This document shows positions 24,156-37,774 of a stretch of 64,000 bases of DNA, piece after piece. The notes under the pieces were generated by a model. The model was not told the origin of the DNA. It ran no database searches and saw only the letters and a list, made by a program, of their open reading frames with translations. This stretch comes from Lama guanicoe (taxonomy: Eukaryota). Numbering within the stretch: position 1 is the first letter of the stretch; every line of letters begins with the position of its first letter. The position numbers were made by a program, and so were the translations under genes. The DNA is taken from assembly GCA_013239625.1 (NCBI GenBank), contig MU053873.1, forward strand, positions 3,764,273 through 3,828,272. Reading direction: 5' to 3'.

Positions 24156-24687
24156 TCATTAAATAAGCTTAAGCCACTGTGTTTTGTGCCTTAGCGAGGA
24201 GGCACAGATCCCTGGCTTTCTCAAGCAGGATGGCCCTCTGTTTGTTCAGGGCATACCTTCTTTGAGCTAGAAAGGAGAACTCTAGCTGTTTGTCCTTGGT
24301 TCTCAGAGCACTGATTTTGGAGTGACAAAGGCTGGGGTTTATGACCAGAGTGTGGATTTAGGAAGCGTGTCTTTGTGCCATGTCACCTCTAAAATGGGAA
24401 TGACAGGGCCCCTGTCATTGAGTTGTTGCAGTGATGAAATAACAGGCACGTGACTCGTGAGAACCGTGCTTCACACACGGGTTTGATGCCGAGCCCTTAA
24501 CAAATGCCATCTGATCCTCACAACAGCCTCATGAGTAGACTCTGTTATGATTCCCATTTTACAGATGGGGCAAGTGGGGCCCAGAGAGGTTAGGTTACTT
24601 GTCAGGTTGCACAGGTAATAAGGGGGTGGGGCAGGCACGCGATCCAGGAGGAACACCCCAGCCACATGTTTGACCCGCCGCCTCTAC

Positions 24688-24755
24688 CTTGCTGGTGGCA
24701 GTGCAGGTAGACGATCTCCTCCAGGCGGATGGTCATGGCGTAGTCCCAGTAGACA
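24688..24755 (-). CDS. SGSM1: SGSM1 exon 10 (68 nt), VYWDYAMTIRLEEIVYLHCHQQ
   Basis: acceptor tccag|T, donor G|gtagag; frame continuous. Confidence 0.94.
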
Positions 24756-24999
24756 CTGGAAGGGGAGGAAAGGTAAGGCCTACAGGATGTCTGCCCAGCT
24801 CATCATGGGAAAGGGCACACCCATGGGCTCCTCCACCCTCCTCACCAGGACCACCTATCCCCAACATCCATGTCTCGGTCTTCCCAGACTCCATCTCCCC
24901 TTCTTCTGGCCCCAGTATCCCAATTTTCCAAGGAACCGCTCTTCTCCACCTCCAGCCCATACGGCTAAGGCTGACCCCACCCATTCTTCACCCAGGACT

Positions 25000-25405
25000 C
25001 CAGGAATAGGCACCTGACCCAAATGTGGCCAATCAGCATATTACACTGTTATGGCCACTGTAACTGGTTCAGGGACAGCCCCATGACCCAGACAGAACCA
25101 ACGACATCCAATTATTGGATTTATGTTAGAATTACTGGGAAAGAGATGCTCCTTTCTGTTAGGAGTAGAGGTAAGGATGATAGAAGTCCGGAGATGTAGG
25201 GGGTCCTGGCAAGAAAAAGCCTGCCTGTGAATGGAGGCAACAGTCAGGAAAGTAGGGTCAAGAGACAGAAAGAGTTCAGGTCCTCATCATTTGAGTCCCT
25301 GGATCCAGCCATGCCTGAAGCCACCACCCCTAGATTTTTCAGCTCACATGAGCCAGTGCTTAAGTCAGATTGAGTTTGGTTTTCTGTCACCAGCATTTAA
25401 GAGTC
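25000..25405. mobile_element. MLT1K/L-like LTR
   Basis: shares TGGATCCAGCCATGCCTGAAGCCA with the 15.3-kb copy. Confidence 0.6.
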
Positions 25406-28112
25406 TTAAAAAAAAAAAGTCTTGGCCAGGCCACCATGTGTCCATGTGGTCGGAACAGCCACTGAACACTTTGATGTCACAGGTCCCAGCAATGTGACTT
25501 GAAGGCTTCCATGAACTTCAGTTTCATCCTCTATAAAATAGAGATGATGCCAATACTCACCACATAGGGTTGCTGTAAGGATTAAGTAGAATCACGTGTT
25601 TGATGGGCTTAACAGTGCTGATACATGAACAAGTACTTGGTTAATGGTTCCTAAGATCATTTACTTAAAGTTTTCCATTTTCAGCTCAAACCCTACTGCT
25701 GTCTTAAAACAGATTGCTTTTCCCCTCAGAACAAGAGGCGGGGGGGGGGGGCACAGGAGCTCGGGCTTTGTGGTAGCCATTGGAGTGCGCTGCTCGGCTT
25801 TCCTTCAGAGCTCACCAACAGCTTCAGAGGTCACCCCTCTGGATCCACTATCACGTCTGTGCCAAAACCATGCTACCGTGGGCTGCTCTCAGGCAGGGTG
25901 GAGCACACGGGGTGCCAGTGCAGGCTTATTCCTGTGGGACAGGGGACTCCTCTAATTGTCAGTTTTAGCCTGGGGACTCCCAACTCATCTGGTCAAATGT
26001 TCTTAGAACTGCACTGTGTCTGAGAATCTTCCTGAACAATCTCCAAGAGGTGCTGACCTCCTGGAGGGGGGCTGGGTTTTGTTCACTTCTGCAAGATGCT
26101 CAGAGAATGTTCTGAGTGAATTTTGAATGCTGGATCTTGGGATGCCCAGGGAACAGAGCAACTCTCCAATTACCCCCAGACACCAGCAGGGAGGGGAGGA
26201 GCCCTGTGGCCTCAGCCCTTTTGGATCTCGGTAAATTAACACCTTGACTGGGAGGCCTTTCCAGGTGCCAGGCTTCCTGCTAAGCACTTTACATGCATTT
26301 TCTTATTGACTCTTCCCTCCATGGTATTTGGAGGGTTCATGACCACATCCCCATTTTACAGATGAACAAACTGAGGCTTGGGGAGGTAATGCTGATTGTT
26401 CAAGGTCACTCAACTGGGAAGGAGCAAGAGCTGAGTTTCTGGTTTTGTTTTACACGTTCTAACAGCTTCTAGAGTGGAATTGCTGGGTCATATGGCAAAG
26501 GCACATATTATAAGAGACTTCCAAACTGGTTTGTAAAGTGGTTGGACCATCAGCAGTGCCCACATGACAGGACTGAGATTTGAGCCAAGTCTGGCCTGAC
26601 TCCAGAGACCAAATAGCCACCTTTCTGATGATATCTCCGCTTGGACATCAGGAAACCCAGCTGGGGAGTTATGATCCTGGTTGTGCAAGAGGGAAGGCTG
26701 GCTGGGAAAAAAGAAAAGAGGCCTGAACCTCCTTACACAGGAAGCATCCCCCACTTATCTTCATTGTTCCTTGGTCCCCAGAGGCATGCTGGAACCCCTG
26801 GGTACCCGCCTTTCCCATGCTAACACCCACATTTCTCAGCTCTGGCTGTTTCTATTCCACTGAGCTTCAGTTCCAGGCAAAGGTAACACGGGGGTTCAGA
26901 CCCCAGGACTGGGGAAGTCCCCAGCCCCACGGGCAGTGACCTTGGAAGCGCACATTCAGCTGGAACTAAGTACCGAAGCGCTTACGGTGTGCCTGTTCAC
27001 ACACAGAGGAAAAGATGAGGCAGAAACAAAGTCCCCGATGATCTGAGCTGGAGGGAGAGTGCTTGGCAATCATTGGGCCAATGCCTTTCCCAAGATATTA
27101 GCATCCAAAGTCCCCTGCCCACAGAATCCCGGGCTTAGGCCTAACCAATAAACAGGGTGTGTGTGTGCTTAAAGCTTTGATGTTCGGCGGAAGACACTTT
27201 GATGTTTGAGGATCCCCCATGAACCCTATGGGAACCCTTTGCATTCTGGGGACATTATCCCTTCCAACCCCATCGTCTGATAGAAGGGGGAAACTGAGGC
27301 CCAGAGACAGGGAGTGACGTACCCCAGGCCACCCAGCAAGGTGAGGGCTGAGCAAGGACTGGGTCCCATCATGCACATTTATTCATTTACTTGCTTATTC
27401 ATGCTCTCCTCGAGTATAATGTGCATACAGCATAAGCCCTGAGAGAGAGATTTTCCTTTCCTTTTCAGCATCTGCTCTCTCTCGTACCCAGCACAGTGTC
27501 TAGCACATACCAAGTGCTCAGTTAATACCTGATGAATGAGTCCAGGTCCCTTGACTTCCCTGCTTTGTTTCACAAAGATTATCTGAGCACCTACTATGTG
27601 CTACGGTCTGTAGCAGGTGCTGGGGCGAAGACGTGCACAAGACAGACTCCTTGCCTTCGTGGAACTGAGGTCTAAAAGGCGGGACAGTCGGAGCCCGAGT
27701 CGGTGCGGATTTCGCATGCTTTTGTAAGTGCTGTGAAGGAGATTCAGGGCTCTGTGGGATCCGAACTCAGCTGGGAGGTTAGGGAAGGCTCGATATCAAG
27801 GTTTCAGATGAATGTACTGAGAGAAGGTTTTCAAGGCCAAGAGTACTTCCTCGGCCCCCACAATGTTCCTCCCTGAGGGTTTCTCCATCAGAAACTCAGG
27901 AGTCTGGCTGGAGCTGAATGATCTCGCTCCGCCAGGACTGACTGCACTGCCCAGTGACCCTCTCTGAGGACAGATGGTAACCTCTGCCCAGGAAGCGATC
28001 AGCTTAGAGAATGATATTAATCACATCAAAGCCTGGTGTCAATCATGCTGAGGCTTAACATGAACACAACACAGTAACAGTGTCCTGGTTACGTCCCTTG
28101 GAAAGAGTCTAT

Positions 28113-28151
28113 ATACACACACACACACACACATACATACACACACACACA
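28113..28151. repeat. (CA)n / (TACA)n microsatellite
   Basis: direct reading. Confidence 0.9.
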
Positions 28152-28258
28152 AACATATACACTTATTTAACCAGACGGAGCAGGGGCAGGAGCGCGGGAC
28201 GGGGGACGGGGCACAACCTTCCCTGTACCAAGAGGAGGGGAGGGACCCGGCACCCTAC

Positions 28259-28383
28259 CTCTTCTCATAGTCCAGGTCCCCCACAGACCCGTTCATCAGC
28301 TGATTGGGAGTCCACTTCAAGGTCATGACGTCGGCCGTCTGGTGCAGGGACAGGTATCCTGGCACAGCCTCCATGTCATCCCT
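28259..28383 (-). CDS. SGSM1: SGSM1 exon 9 (125 nt), [41 protein letters not shown]
   Basis: acceptor ctgcag|AGG, donor AG|gtaggg; read by hand, not in the ORF track in this frame. Confidence 0.94.
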
Positions 28384-29419
28384 CTGCAGAGAGAGGAGGA
28401 TGCAGGTCTGGTCACGGTGCTGGCGTCACAGTGGACGTGGACCCTGGCCGATCTGGCTCAAGGACACGCAACCAGAACCAAGAGGCTGGTTCATCCCCTC
28501 CAAGGCCACGTCCACTTGGAAGACCCTGAACCTCCATCCAGGTGGCGGTGCTACTCAGCCCCATCGTCTGCCTTCTCAGTTTTCCTACAGGGCGATTCTC
28601 ACCTGCTCTGTTTTATCCCAAGCGGGGTGTGGTGGGGGGGGTTGTCTCCAAGCCTCACACACAGGAGGCCGCCCACCCCCTACAAACTCCCCTCCGCCAC
28701 ACGTGCTCCACACGCCGGCAACCCCCGGAGGAAGCAGCCTTGCCGTATTTCATCTACTCTAAGATGCACGTTTGTTTCTCACGTGTTAATGCGCCTGAAA
28801 TGCAGATGCATCTTACAATCAGTGGCGTCTCACAACTGTGACAGAGCTGTCTTTCGCCTGAACTCGTGCAAACTCAGTTACAGATGTTTATGCCGTGGTC
28901 ACTTCAGTTAAGTGCTGTGCAGGGTTGCTGCCCCACACGCAGAGTACAGGGGCTTTTTAAAACATCTTCGGAAAGATTAGGCTGTAAGTCAGCTCTGAAC
29001 GGAAGAGGACACATGGCGTCCGTAGGAAGACTGGGCACAGAGCAACGGGACGCTAACGCGATATCGGTGAAACAGACCCATTATTCACCACCGCGGGGAT
29101 GCCTGCAACCCCAGATTTTCCTGCACAGCAACAACTGAGTGCACATGTTTGCACGAGAGGCTGTACCTCCCGTCCTCTTGATCAGAGGTCAGCAAGCTTT
29201 TTCTGTAAGGGCTCAGATGGGGAAGCCATACAGGTCCTGCTGCAATCACTCAACTCTGCCCTGATAGTGGGAGAGCAACCACACACAATGCACAAAGTAC
29301 CAGGCGTGGCCGCGTTCTGGTACAGCTTTACTCAGAAAACAGACGGAGGGCTGCATTCGGCCACAAGAAGGATCTGGTGACCCTTTCTCTTGATGGAACA
29401 GAAAGTTACATCAGGAAAA

Positions 29420-29585
29420 TAATTATATAGTAAGTATTATACTATAATAATAATTGTATTATATTACATAATTATAATAATATTATAATCATATAATTAT
29501 AATATAATATTACAATCATACTTATATAATTATATAGCATTATATTTTTATATATTATATGTAAAATATATAATAATCGTATTAA
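29420..29585. repeat. AT-rich low-complexity (TAA/TATAAT) tract
   Basis: almost exclusively A/T. Confidence 0.85.
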
Positions 29586-30204
29586 AAAAAGGATAATGAT
29601 GACTCTAATAAAAGCTGAAAAGAAAACTGATTCAAAAAATTGTATCTTTTACAAGAAGATTGTATCTTTATCTAATACAAACTGATATACAACTGATACA
29701 GAAGATTGGGATCCTGAAATGTGAAGAAGTTTTAGGACTAGCTTAACGAATGTATTTCAATTACATTTTCCCTTGTGGGTACATGCTGAAAAAAAAACAA
29801 CTATTTCCAAACAAGCCTCAAAGAGCTTTTCGAAAAAGTAGCAAATGAAATTTCCAAGGGGTGAGAAGACACTGTATATGATTTAATAGCACTTTAAATT
29901 TCCTGATGGTTATGTTAAGAGACTGTGCATCTTAAATTCATGGATTCTTGGCTCTGAGGAAATAGGGTCTTATATTCATGGAGATGCGAATACTGAGGCT
30001 CAGAAGGAGAAGTGACTTGCTCAGGGTCACCGGGTGATGGCAACTGTGACCACAGAGGTGAAGTGGCTGACAGCTCTCCCTCCGCTTCCTCCCAGCTGAG
30101 CCCAAACACCATGCTGATCCCAACCATCCAGGAAGGGGACAGCAAAGGAGATATTACATGGGGGTAGGGGCCTTCATGCATCTCTTGCAATAGCAAGAGA
30201 GAAC

Positions 30205-30732
30205 GACAGATAGACGGCTGAGTGGACAGGTGGAGGGATAGATGGGCTGGAAAATAAATGGACAAATGGATGGACAGATGTAAAGATGGATGGACGGATA
30301 GATGGATGTAAAGATGGGTAGATGGTTGGATGTAATAATGGATGCGTGGATTGATGGATGGATGGATGGATGGACAGATGGATGGATGGATGGATAGAGG
30401 CAGCAATGAGTAGGTGGAAGGATAGATGAATGTAATGATTGGTAGATGAATCGCTGAATAGATGGGTGGTTGGCTGGATATAAATACAGGCAGATGGATA
30501 AAGGAATGGTAGGTGAATGCATGGACAGAAGGATGGATGAATATACAGACTGTAAGAGAGCTGATTGGCTGGCTGGCTGGAAATATTGACCGATGGATAT
30601 ATGGACGGCTGGATAAATGCGTAGAAGGAAATGTTGTCCTATGGATGAACAGGAGGAGAGAGATGGAGATACTGGCAGAAGAATGAAAAGCTGGGTGAGT
30701 GGTGGATGGGTGGATGGACAGAGAAATGGACA
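30205..30732. repeat. degenerate (GGAT)n / (ATCC)n simple repeat
   Basis: about 500 nt of GGAT/GGAC/AGAT units; source of the spurious 372-aa ORF. Confidence 0.9.
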
Positions 30733-30822
30733 AGCAACCTGGAGTCAGAGGGAACTCCTCCTCTGTCACCTGGAGCCAGACCCACCCCCGGTGGAAGAAC
30801 TGGGCCCAACATGAACTCTCAC

Positions 30823-30954
30823 CGGCTGAACCAGAACATTGTTCTTGCCATAGAGCAGGGTGGCCCGGGAGTTCTGGTGCAGGGACTCCACATAGTCGCG
30901 GGCAGAGAGGGATGGCCGGTCGTCCATGCTGCCGCTCGAATGCCTCTTCTGGAT
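30823..30954 (-). CDS. SGSM1: SGSM1 exon 8 (132 nt), IQKRHSSGS...[12 protein letters not shown]
   Basis: acceptor gccag|ATC, donor CCG|gtgaga; phase 0 to 0. Confidence 0.95.
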
Positions 30955-31085
30955 CTGGCCATGTGAAGAGAGGTGGAGCATGACGCCTGGAGGGACCGCC
31001 AAAGTGCCACTTCCGCTCCCACCTCCACGCCAAGTCCAGAACTCAGCCAGACTCCCTCACGGGGCCCCCTGTCCACCGGACTCAC

Positions 31086-31231
31086 GCAGAGGGCAGGACG
31101 CTTGGTGGGCGAGTCCTGCCGCAGGTGTGAGCTGTGGATGCGGTGCCTCTGGACCAGCTCATCGGCCGAGGGGTCCGTCCAGAAGTGATCTGAAGTCTTC
31201 ATCTTGGTGTACTCCAGGGCGCAGGGCCCCA
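31086..31231 (-). CDS. SGSM1: SGSM1 exon 7 (146 nt), [11 protein letters not shown]...KRPALC
   Basis: acceptor ctgcag|TG, donor TGC|gtgagt. Confidence 0.95.
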
Positions 31232-31510
31232 CTGCAGAGCATATGGGGACTAGGAACTCATCGCCCCGGAAATCCCACCCTCCCTTCCACCATCAGATGG
31301 ACCACCTATTTTACTACCCCTCCCCCGCTCCAAGCAGCCACGATGCCCCAGGGTCCTGCTAAAGAGAGACCAGCATGAGATCCTGAAAGCAAGAGGCAGC
31401 AAGCCGTTCTGAAGGGAGAGGCTGGAGGGACACGGGAGAGACCCTTAGGAGATGCCCTCACCAGCCAAGACCAGAGATGCAGATGACGCTCAGAGCGCTG
31501 GACCACTTAC

Positions 31511-31578
31511 CCAACAAAGACGCAAGGATGGGGCCGTCCACGGGGTCCATCAGGAGAGCCTCCTTCTCATAATACTTA
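31511..31578 (-). CDS. SGSM1: SGSM1 exon 6 (68 nt), KYYEKEALLMDPVDGPILASLL
   Basis: acceptor gctag|T, donor G|gtaagt. Confidence 0.95.
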
Positions 31579-32975
31579 CTAGCAAGAGAGGAAAGGACAT
31601 GCAGGTTTGGATGGTGACCAGCGGAGGGCGCACAGTTGACTACAGCCTGGTGGTTAAGAGCAGACAGACTGGGTTCCATGCCCCTCTGGTCACCCAGTTC
31701 CCTCTGTAAGCCTCGACTTCCCCATCTGTAAAATGGGGATAATAATAATATATCTCATAGGGCTGTTGAAGGATGTTAGAGAGAGACAGCAGAGGTAAGG
31801 CACTTAGCATGGGTGCTTGGCTTGTAACTGCTTAATACGTGGCTGTGATAAAGCCTTAATGAGAAAAACAGGAATAATCATTTGAAAACTGCCAGGCCCC
31901 AGCTGGTTCTGTCTGCTTCCACTGCATCTTCCATTCTGACCAGAAGTCACTTAGAGGCCCAGGTGATGTCCGCCCTTCTAATATTACTGAGGCATGAAAA
32001 TGCTTTTCAGCTGTGATGTGTCCCCAAAAGCCGTATTAACAGGGCTTCCTGTTCAGTTAAATAATGCAGATGATGCTGGCCTGATATGTACAAAACAGCG
32101 CCCAGACGCTGACTCTTCAAAATAACATGCGATGCTATCAATTAGTGCTCAGTGGTTTCAGTTTTTTGTTTGTTTTGAGTTGTTGTGTACTGGTTTCTAA
32201 TTCTTTTCAACCTCATACAGTCTAGAAACTAACAGAATTTCAGAGCCAGAAAAGGACCTTGTTCTGACCTCCTGAGGGATCTCAGGCCCAGAGAGGGTAA
32301 GTGACTTGTTGGAGGCCACATAGCAGGTGAATGCAGGCTGCACCCAACCAGCTTGGCTCTTCCCATCCTAGAACAGGAGGTAAAGAATGCAGGGTGTGGA
32401 GTCAAAAGCCTGAGCAGGAACCCAGCTCATGTGCACCCTCCCTTGCTGTGTGTCCTTGGGCAGGTGACCACCCTCTCTGATCTTCAGTGTTTTCAGCTGT
32501 AAAATGGGAAGAATGACAAAACTCACCTGCTCAGGTTTTCGGGAGGACTAAACGTCCACCGGCACGTATTAAGTTCTGACACCAAGAAGTTCTCACTAAA
32601 TGGCAGCAACATCATTGTAATTTTGCCCCAAAGAAATCTTCGATCAACCAGAACATTGGCTGAGGCAGAAATGACACCCTCTGCACGTGCTCAACATCAA
32701 GTTTATACATTTTTGCTATCAGATCTGAAGGTAAGAATCTGAGATGCTTTCCAGTCCACCACTTAGTTTCTGTTCCAAAAATCAACACAGTTACTGATCA
32801 TAAGCCTTGGAAATGATGCCTTAAAAACAGCAGGTAGGGTTGGGAGCAAGATGTGACTAGAAAGGGTAGCCTGAGGGAGTTCTTTTGGGGTGGTGGGTTT
32901 CTTTGGAACAGTTCTGAATCCAGAGTGTGGTGCTGATTATATGAAACTCTGCACATGTTAAAATTTCACAGTGGC

Positions 32976-33099
32976 GGGGAGGGTATAGCTCAGTGGTAGA
33001 GCGTTTGCCTAACACGCATGAGGTCCTAGGTTCAATCCCCAGTAACTCCTCTAAAAATAAATAAATAAATACACCTAATTACCCCCCAAAAATTTTTTT
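32976..33099 (+). mobile_element. Vic-1-like SINE
   Basis: GGGGAGGGTATAGCTCAGTGG head, GGTTCAATCC B box; near-TSD AAAAT(T)TCACAG. Confidence 0.85.
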
Positions 33100-34782
33100 A
33101 AAAATTCACAGAACTATATTGCAAAAAAAAAAGGTAGATTGATTAACAGTGCTGTACCGATGGCAATTTCCTGGTTTGGAGACTTGTACTAAGGTTACGT
33201 AGGGCTGTAATCATTGAGGGCAGGTAAGAACTCTCTGAACCACTGTGGCAAGTATTGTATGAATCTAAAACCCAAAATACAATGCTTAATGAAGAAACAG
33301 TAGGTTGGTATTGCTGCTCAAATAAATCACTAAATAAATAGGACCATTTTTTCTTTTCATCAGGAAAACACAAGGTCATATGCCAAAGGCCGTAACTACA
33401 GAGACCCTGAACCCATAACAAGGCAGGGGGCACAGATGTGTTATGACTTACTAGAAGGTGAAGAGGTTAAGTGAAGTTCCAGAGCCCAGATTTCTGTCCA
33501 GGCTGGGGACTGAGCCTGGGGGGTGGACATCAGGGCAGTGGACTTCCCTGAGCAGTCTCCGCGTGCTTGGCCTGGTGAGGAAACTCACTCAAGTTCAGTA
33601 TCTCTTAAAATATTCTCTTAAGAAGCTGGTGTTTTCTCATAAGGAGTTGAAACTATCTGTAATTTAAAATTTATAGATGAAAAGGCCCGTTCTCTGTGAC
33701 AAAAAAAAAAAAAAGTCCTGCCTCCAGGCCTCTGCATCTGCTGTCCCCTCCCCTGAGAACACTGTTCCCTGCGCCCTTCGGCTGGTTAATGCTTACGTGC
33801 CCTGCAAATTGAAGCTTCACTGTCACGTCTTTTGGGACATTTTCCTGACCACTCAGAGGAGATTAAACACCACATGCCTGTCTTGGAACACGTATCATGT
33901 ATTACCACAACTACTATTTGCCTCTTTTCCCTGCTACAATGGGAGCGTCAGGAGGGGAAGGACTTTGCTCAGCACTTACATACACATGTTCCTAGCAAAC
34001 AGGCAAAAAATAAAAGACAATAATGATACCCACTGAGTGTGAGGATGTGGTTAAATAGGCACTTTCACAGACTTAAAAGATGGCAAGATTCTCAGATACA
34101 TTTCTCTCTCTCACTGGAAATGAGGACTCTCAGATGATAGATTCTTCAGTAGCTCCCCAGTGCTCCTTTTATAATATCCGAGCTCTTTAACAGGACAGGC
34201 AAGACCAACATATCCCCAACATCTCGGATAGGGCCCGGCACACAGTAGATGCTCATGAAATAGTTATTGGATGAATGAATGGATGCATGAATAAATGCTT
34301 ACAACAGGATTCACACTATAAAGCCTTTAAACCAGGTCAATCTGAGCTAGGAGGGAAAATGTAAAAAGCATCACTATGCATTTCCAAAGTGCTGTGTACT
34401 CGCTAACTCCCTTTTCTTGCCCCGTCCCATTCACCAGAAGAGATAACAGGGGCACAGAGAAGCTAAGTGACACCGCTCAGTTCACCTAGTTAGTGAATAG
34501 AACATGGGCTTAATCCATGGGAGAAGAAACATCTCTAAGATCGCAAGATCCTTATACCCTCCCCAAATCTGAAGACTCTGCATTGCAATTAAACATGTGA
34601 ATTTCCCCAAGGTTCTAGGCTAGGCTAGTTCAAACATCCAGAAGGCCCTTATTTAATCACTTTCAACTCAAGTGTATATCAAGGGGGAAAAAGAAAGTTT
34701 GCTGTGTGCAAGAGGGTGCCATTCTAGGATGGCCAGCAGGTGGAGGCAGAGCCCACCCAGGTGTCTGGTCCTTCCCACTCAC

Positions 34783-34935
34783 CTGCTGTTTTCCACAAGG
34801 TAATGCACAATTTTGTCCAGGACCTTCTCAAACAAGGCTGTGCGGATCCACAGGTGCTTGATGGCGAGTGGGGACAGGCTGGGCAGTTTCGGCAGCTTCC
34901 GCACGTTCTCTTGGAGGCCCTGGATCTGATTTCGG
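34783..34935 (-). CDS. SGSM1: SGSM1 exon 5 (153 nt), [13 protein letters not shown]...[26 protein letters not shown] domain
   Basis: acceptor tgaag|C, donor AG|gtgagt; phase 2 to 2. Confidence 0.95.
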
Positions 34936-35947
34936 CTTCAAGACCAGAAAAGGAAGAGAATGGATATTCACAAAAGAGGAAATCCAACAGGATCAATATG
35001 CAAATAGGAAAGTGTCCAACCTCTCGAAGAAATGAAGGAATGGCAACTAGAACAACAAGAGTCTACACTGCTCCTAGAAAATGAGAAAAGAACTGAGAAG
35101 ACAGTAATACCAAGTGAGTGTGGAGATGTGGTAAAATGGACACTTTCATACACTACTGATGGGTGAACTAGATTCTCATACTGAAATTTCTGTCTGTCTG
35201 TCTGTCTGTCTCCTTCTTTCTCTCTTTCTGCTGGAAAGGAGTGCTGGCTAAGAAGAATCTTGGATTATAGATCCTTTGGTGGCTCCCTACTTCTCTTGAG
35301 AAGTAAGCTGTTTAACATAACAAACAGGGTGCTACATGACCTTGCCTCAGTTCACCTCTGCAGTCATCTCTTTACCTCTCCCCGCCTCTGTCCGCGTGGT
35401 GCAGCCAGACAGAGATCTCTGCAGGTCCCTGAGGCTGCCAAGCTCTCACCTGAGGACCTTCCATGAGCTGCTGCTTCTTCCTGGCTTTCCTCTCCACCCT
35501 ATCCCCTGGCTGACCCTTGCTCACCCTTGAGGTCCCAATGAGGGTACCCCCTCCTACAGGAAGCCCTCTTGCACCAGCCAAAGCTGTAGAGGGGCCCCTC
35601 CTCTGCGTTCCCTCAGCCTCTGCTGCTTACCTTCCCACTCGCTTTTCTCTCTTCCCCTCCACACTATGACCTTGAAGGCATGAACTAAGTAATTTAGTCA
35701 CTTCTTAAATAAAATACTTATTGAGAGTCTACCACGTGGCAAGCCTTGGCCCTCTTCATGCCTGTATCTCCAGGGCCCAGCACAGGGCCTGGCACACAGG
35801 AGGGGCTCAGTAATGTGTTCATGAAGGAGTGACTGCATGAATGAATGAATGAGCACCTGGAATGAACATCTCTAACTCCTCTTTCAGAAAGTCATTCCCA
35901 ATATTATGGAAGGTCCACAGAAATCCACCCTTTTAAGAAGTTATCAG

Positions 35948-36002
35948 TCAAGACATGGAAGCAATTTAAATGTCCATCAAGAGATGATTGGATAAAGAAG
36001 TG

Positions 36003-36033
<31 letters not shown>

Positions 36034-36523
36034 CACTACATATATACATAGTGGAATACTACTCAGCCATAAAAAAGAATGAAATAATGCCATTTGAAGC
36101 AACATGGATGGACCTACAGATTATCGCACTAAGTGAAGTAAGCCAGAAAGGGAAAGGCAAATATCATATGATGTCATTTATATGTGAGATCTTTAAAAAA
36201 TGATACAAATGAATGTATTCTACAAAACAGAAACAGACTCACAGACATAGAAAACAAACTTATGGTTACCAAGGGGGTAAGGGGGTGGGGAGGGATAAAA
36301 CAGGAATTTGGGATTTGCAGAAACTAACTACCATATAAGAAATAGATAAACAACGAGGTTCTACTGTATAGCACAGAGAACTGTATTCAACACCTTGTAA
36401 CCTATAATGAAAAAGAATACAGATATGTGTGTATGACTAACTCACTGTGCTGTACACCAGAGACTAACACAACACTATAAACTGACTATGCTTCAACAGA
36501 AATTTTTTTAAAAAAATTAAAAA
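35948..36523 (+). mobile_element. 5'-truncated LINE-1 3' end
   Basis: EYYSAIKKNEIMPF...LSEVSQK motif, 3' UTR, A-tail; perfect 13-bp TSD AAGAAGTTATCAG at 35935-35947 and 36524-36536. Confidence 0.9.
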
Positions 36524-37611
36524 AAGAAGTTATCAGCAAACACCTGGGAATTCAGCAGATGGACTGGGAGGCACCTAAAGACCAGGTAGTGAGGAGTCAG
36601 ATTCCAAATGGCAGCTGGCAATACCCAACCCAGAGCCTGGCCCATCATGCAGATCTGGCCAAGAGCCCTGGGCTGGCAGGGCCTGAGGGGCAAAGAAAGG
36701 GCCATTTCTCAGCCAGTGAAGTGGACTCATCACCCATGGCAGGGACAGCAAACACATGACATGCACGCTCCTCTCTCCTGCCTCTTGCCCATGACAGACA
36801 TGGCTAATCAATCCAAGCACTCTCTCCTGCGAAGCCCAATCACAGCTCCAGAATCATTCACAACACAGTTCTCTGGGCAGCCACTCGCACCAACTGGGGT
36901 TGAAATCACTGTGCTATACACCACCCACGACCAGGCTCCAGGATGGGGCTTTGGCTGTGCAGTTGGGACTCTGGAGGTGGCTCTGGTGGGGGGCACTCAT
37001 GTAAACGCATTTGGGCCATGAGTCTCCCCCCAGTACACACGGTCAGCCACACAGTCAGCTTCACTGTGAGCATCTGGTCCATGCAGACAGAGATCATATT
37101 GATCTTATTAAACTTTGAATTTCCTGCATTTGGAACAGCCTTGGCTCCCACTGGGTATTTATTCATTCGACAGTTGTTTCCTGGACATTTCCCAGGTGCT
37201 GAGCACCATCCCAGACCCTGGGGACCTCATGGGGAGTAACACCGATGCAGCTGTTAAGTTCAGAGTCAAGTCAAGGGGGAGACAGACAACAATCAAGTAA
37301 ACAGTAAACAAACAAAGGAATGAATAACTACAGATGGTGATAACAATTGGAAAGACAACAAACAGCAGGATATAATAGAGAAAGGGGGTGAGGGTTGGAA
37401 TTCACTCTTCGCTTGGGGAAGGCCTGAGCGATGACAAGGAACCAGCCATGGAAGATGAGGGGTGTGAACTAGGTGGAGGGTACAGCATGTGCAAAGGTCC
37501 TGGGGTGTGAAAGAGTCTGGCAGGTTTGAGGAGCAGAGAGGAGAGTTGCGGGGGGAGCGTGGACTGTCCCCTGGGGGGTGCCCTGTACTGTACCCCAACC
37601 TTGGCACTCAC

Positions 37612-37774
37612 GCGCTCTCTATCAGCTGCTCCAGGTCCTGGACCTTGCGGCTTAGCTCCTCGGCTGGCGGGAAGCTCTTGCCCACCTTCATGAAGAGAGC
37701 TGCGATCTTGTTGCTGCGCAGGAAGCCAGCCGCCCGCCTCCGCAATCCATGAAGGACGCAGGCCTCTACCGCCG
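37612..37774 (-). CDS. SGSM1: SGSM1 exon 4 (163 nt), [22 protein letters not shown]...EQLIES, RUN domain
   Basis: acceptor ccgcag|CG, donor GC|gtgagt; frame continuous with exon 3. Confidence 0.95.

Noticed and set aside
29915..31033. 372-aa minus-strand ORF rich in H/P/S/I
   Set aside because: Product of the (ATCC)n repeat plus an out-of-frame read of exon 8; no protein homology apparent.
30955..31085. Retention of the short intron 7
   Set aside because: 131 nt is not a multiple of 3, so retention shifts the frame; nothing beyond ordinary unproductive retention.
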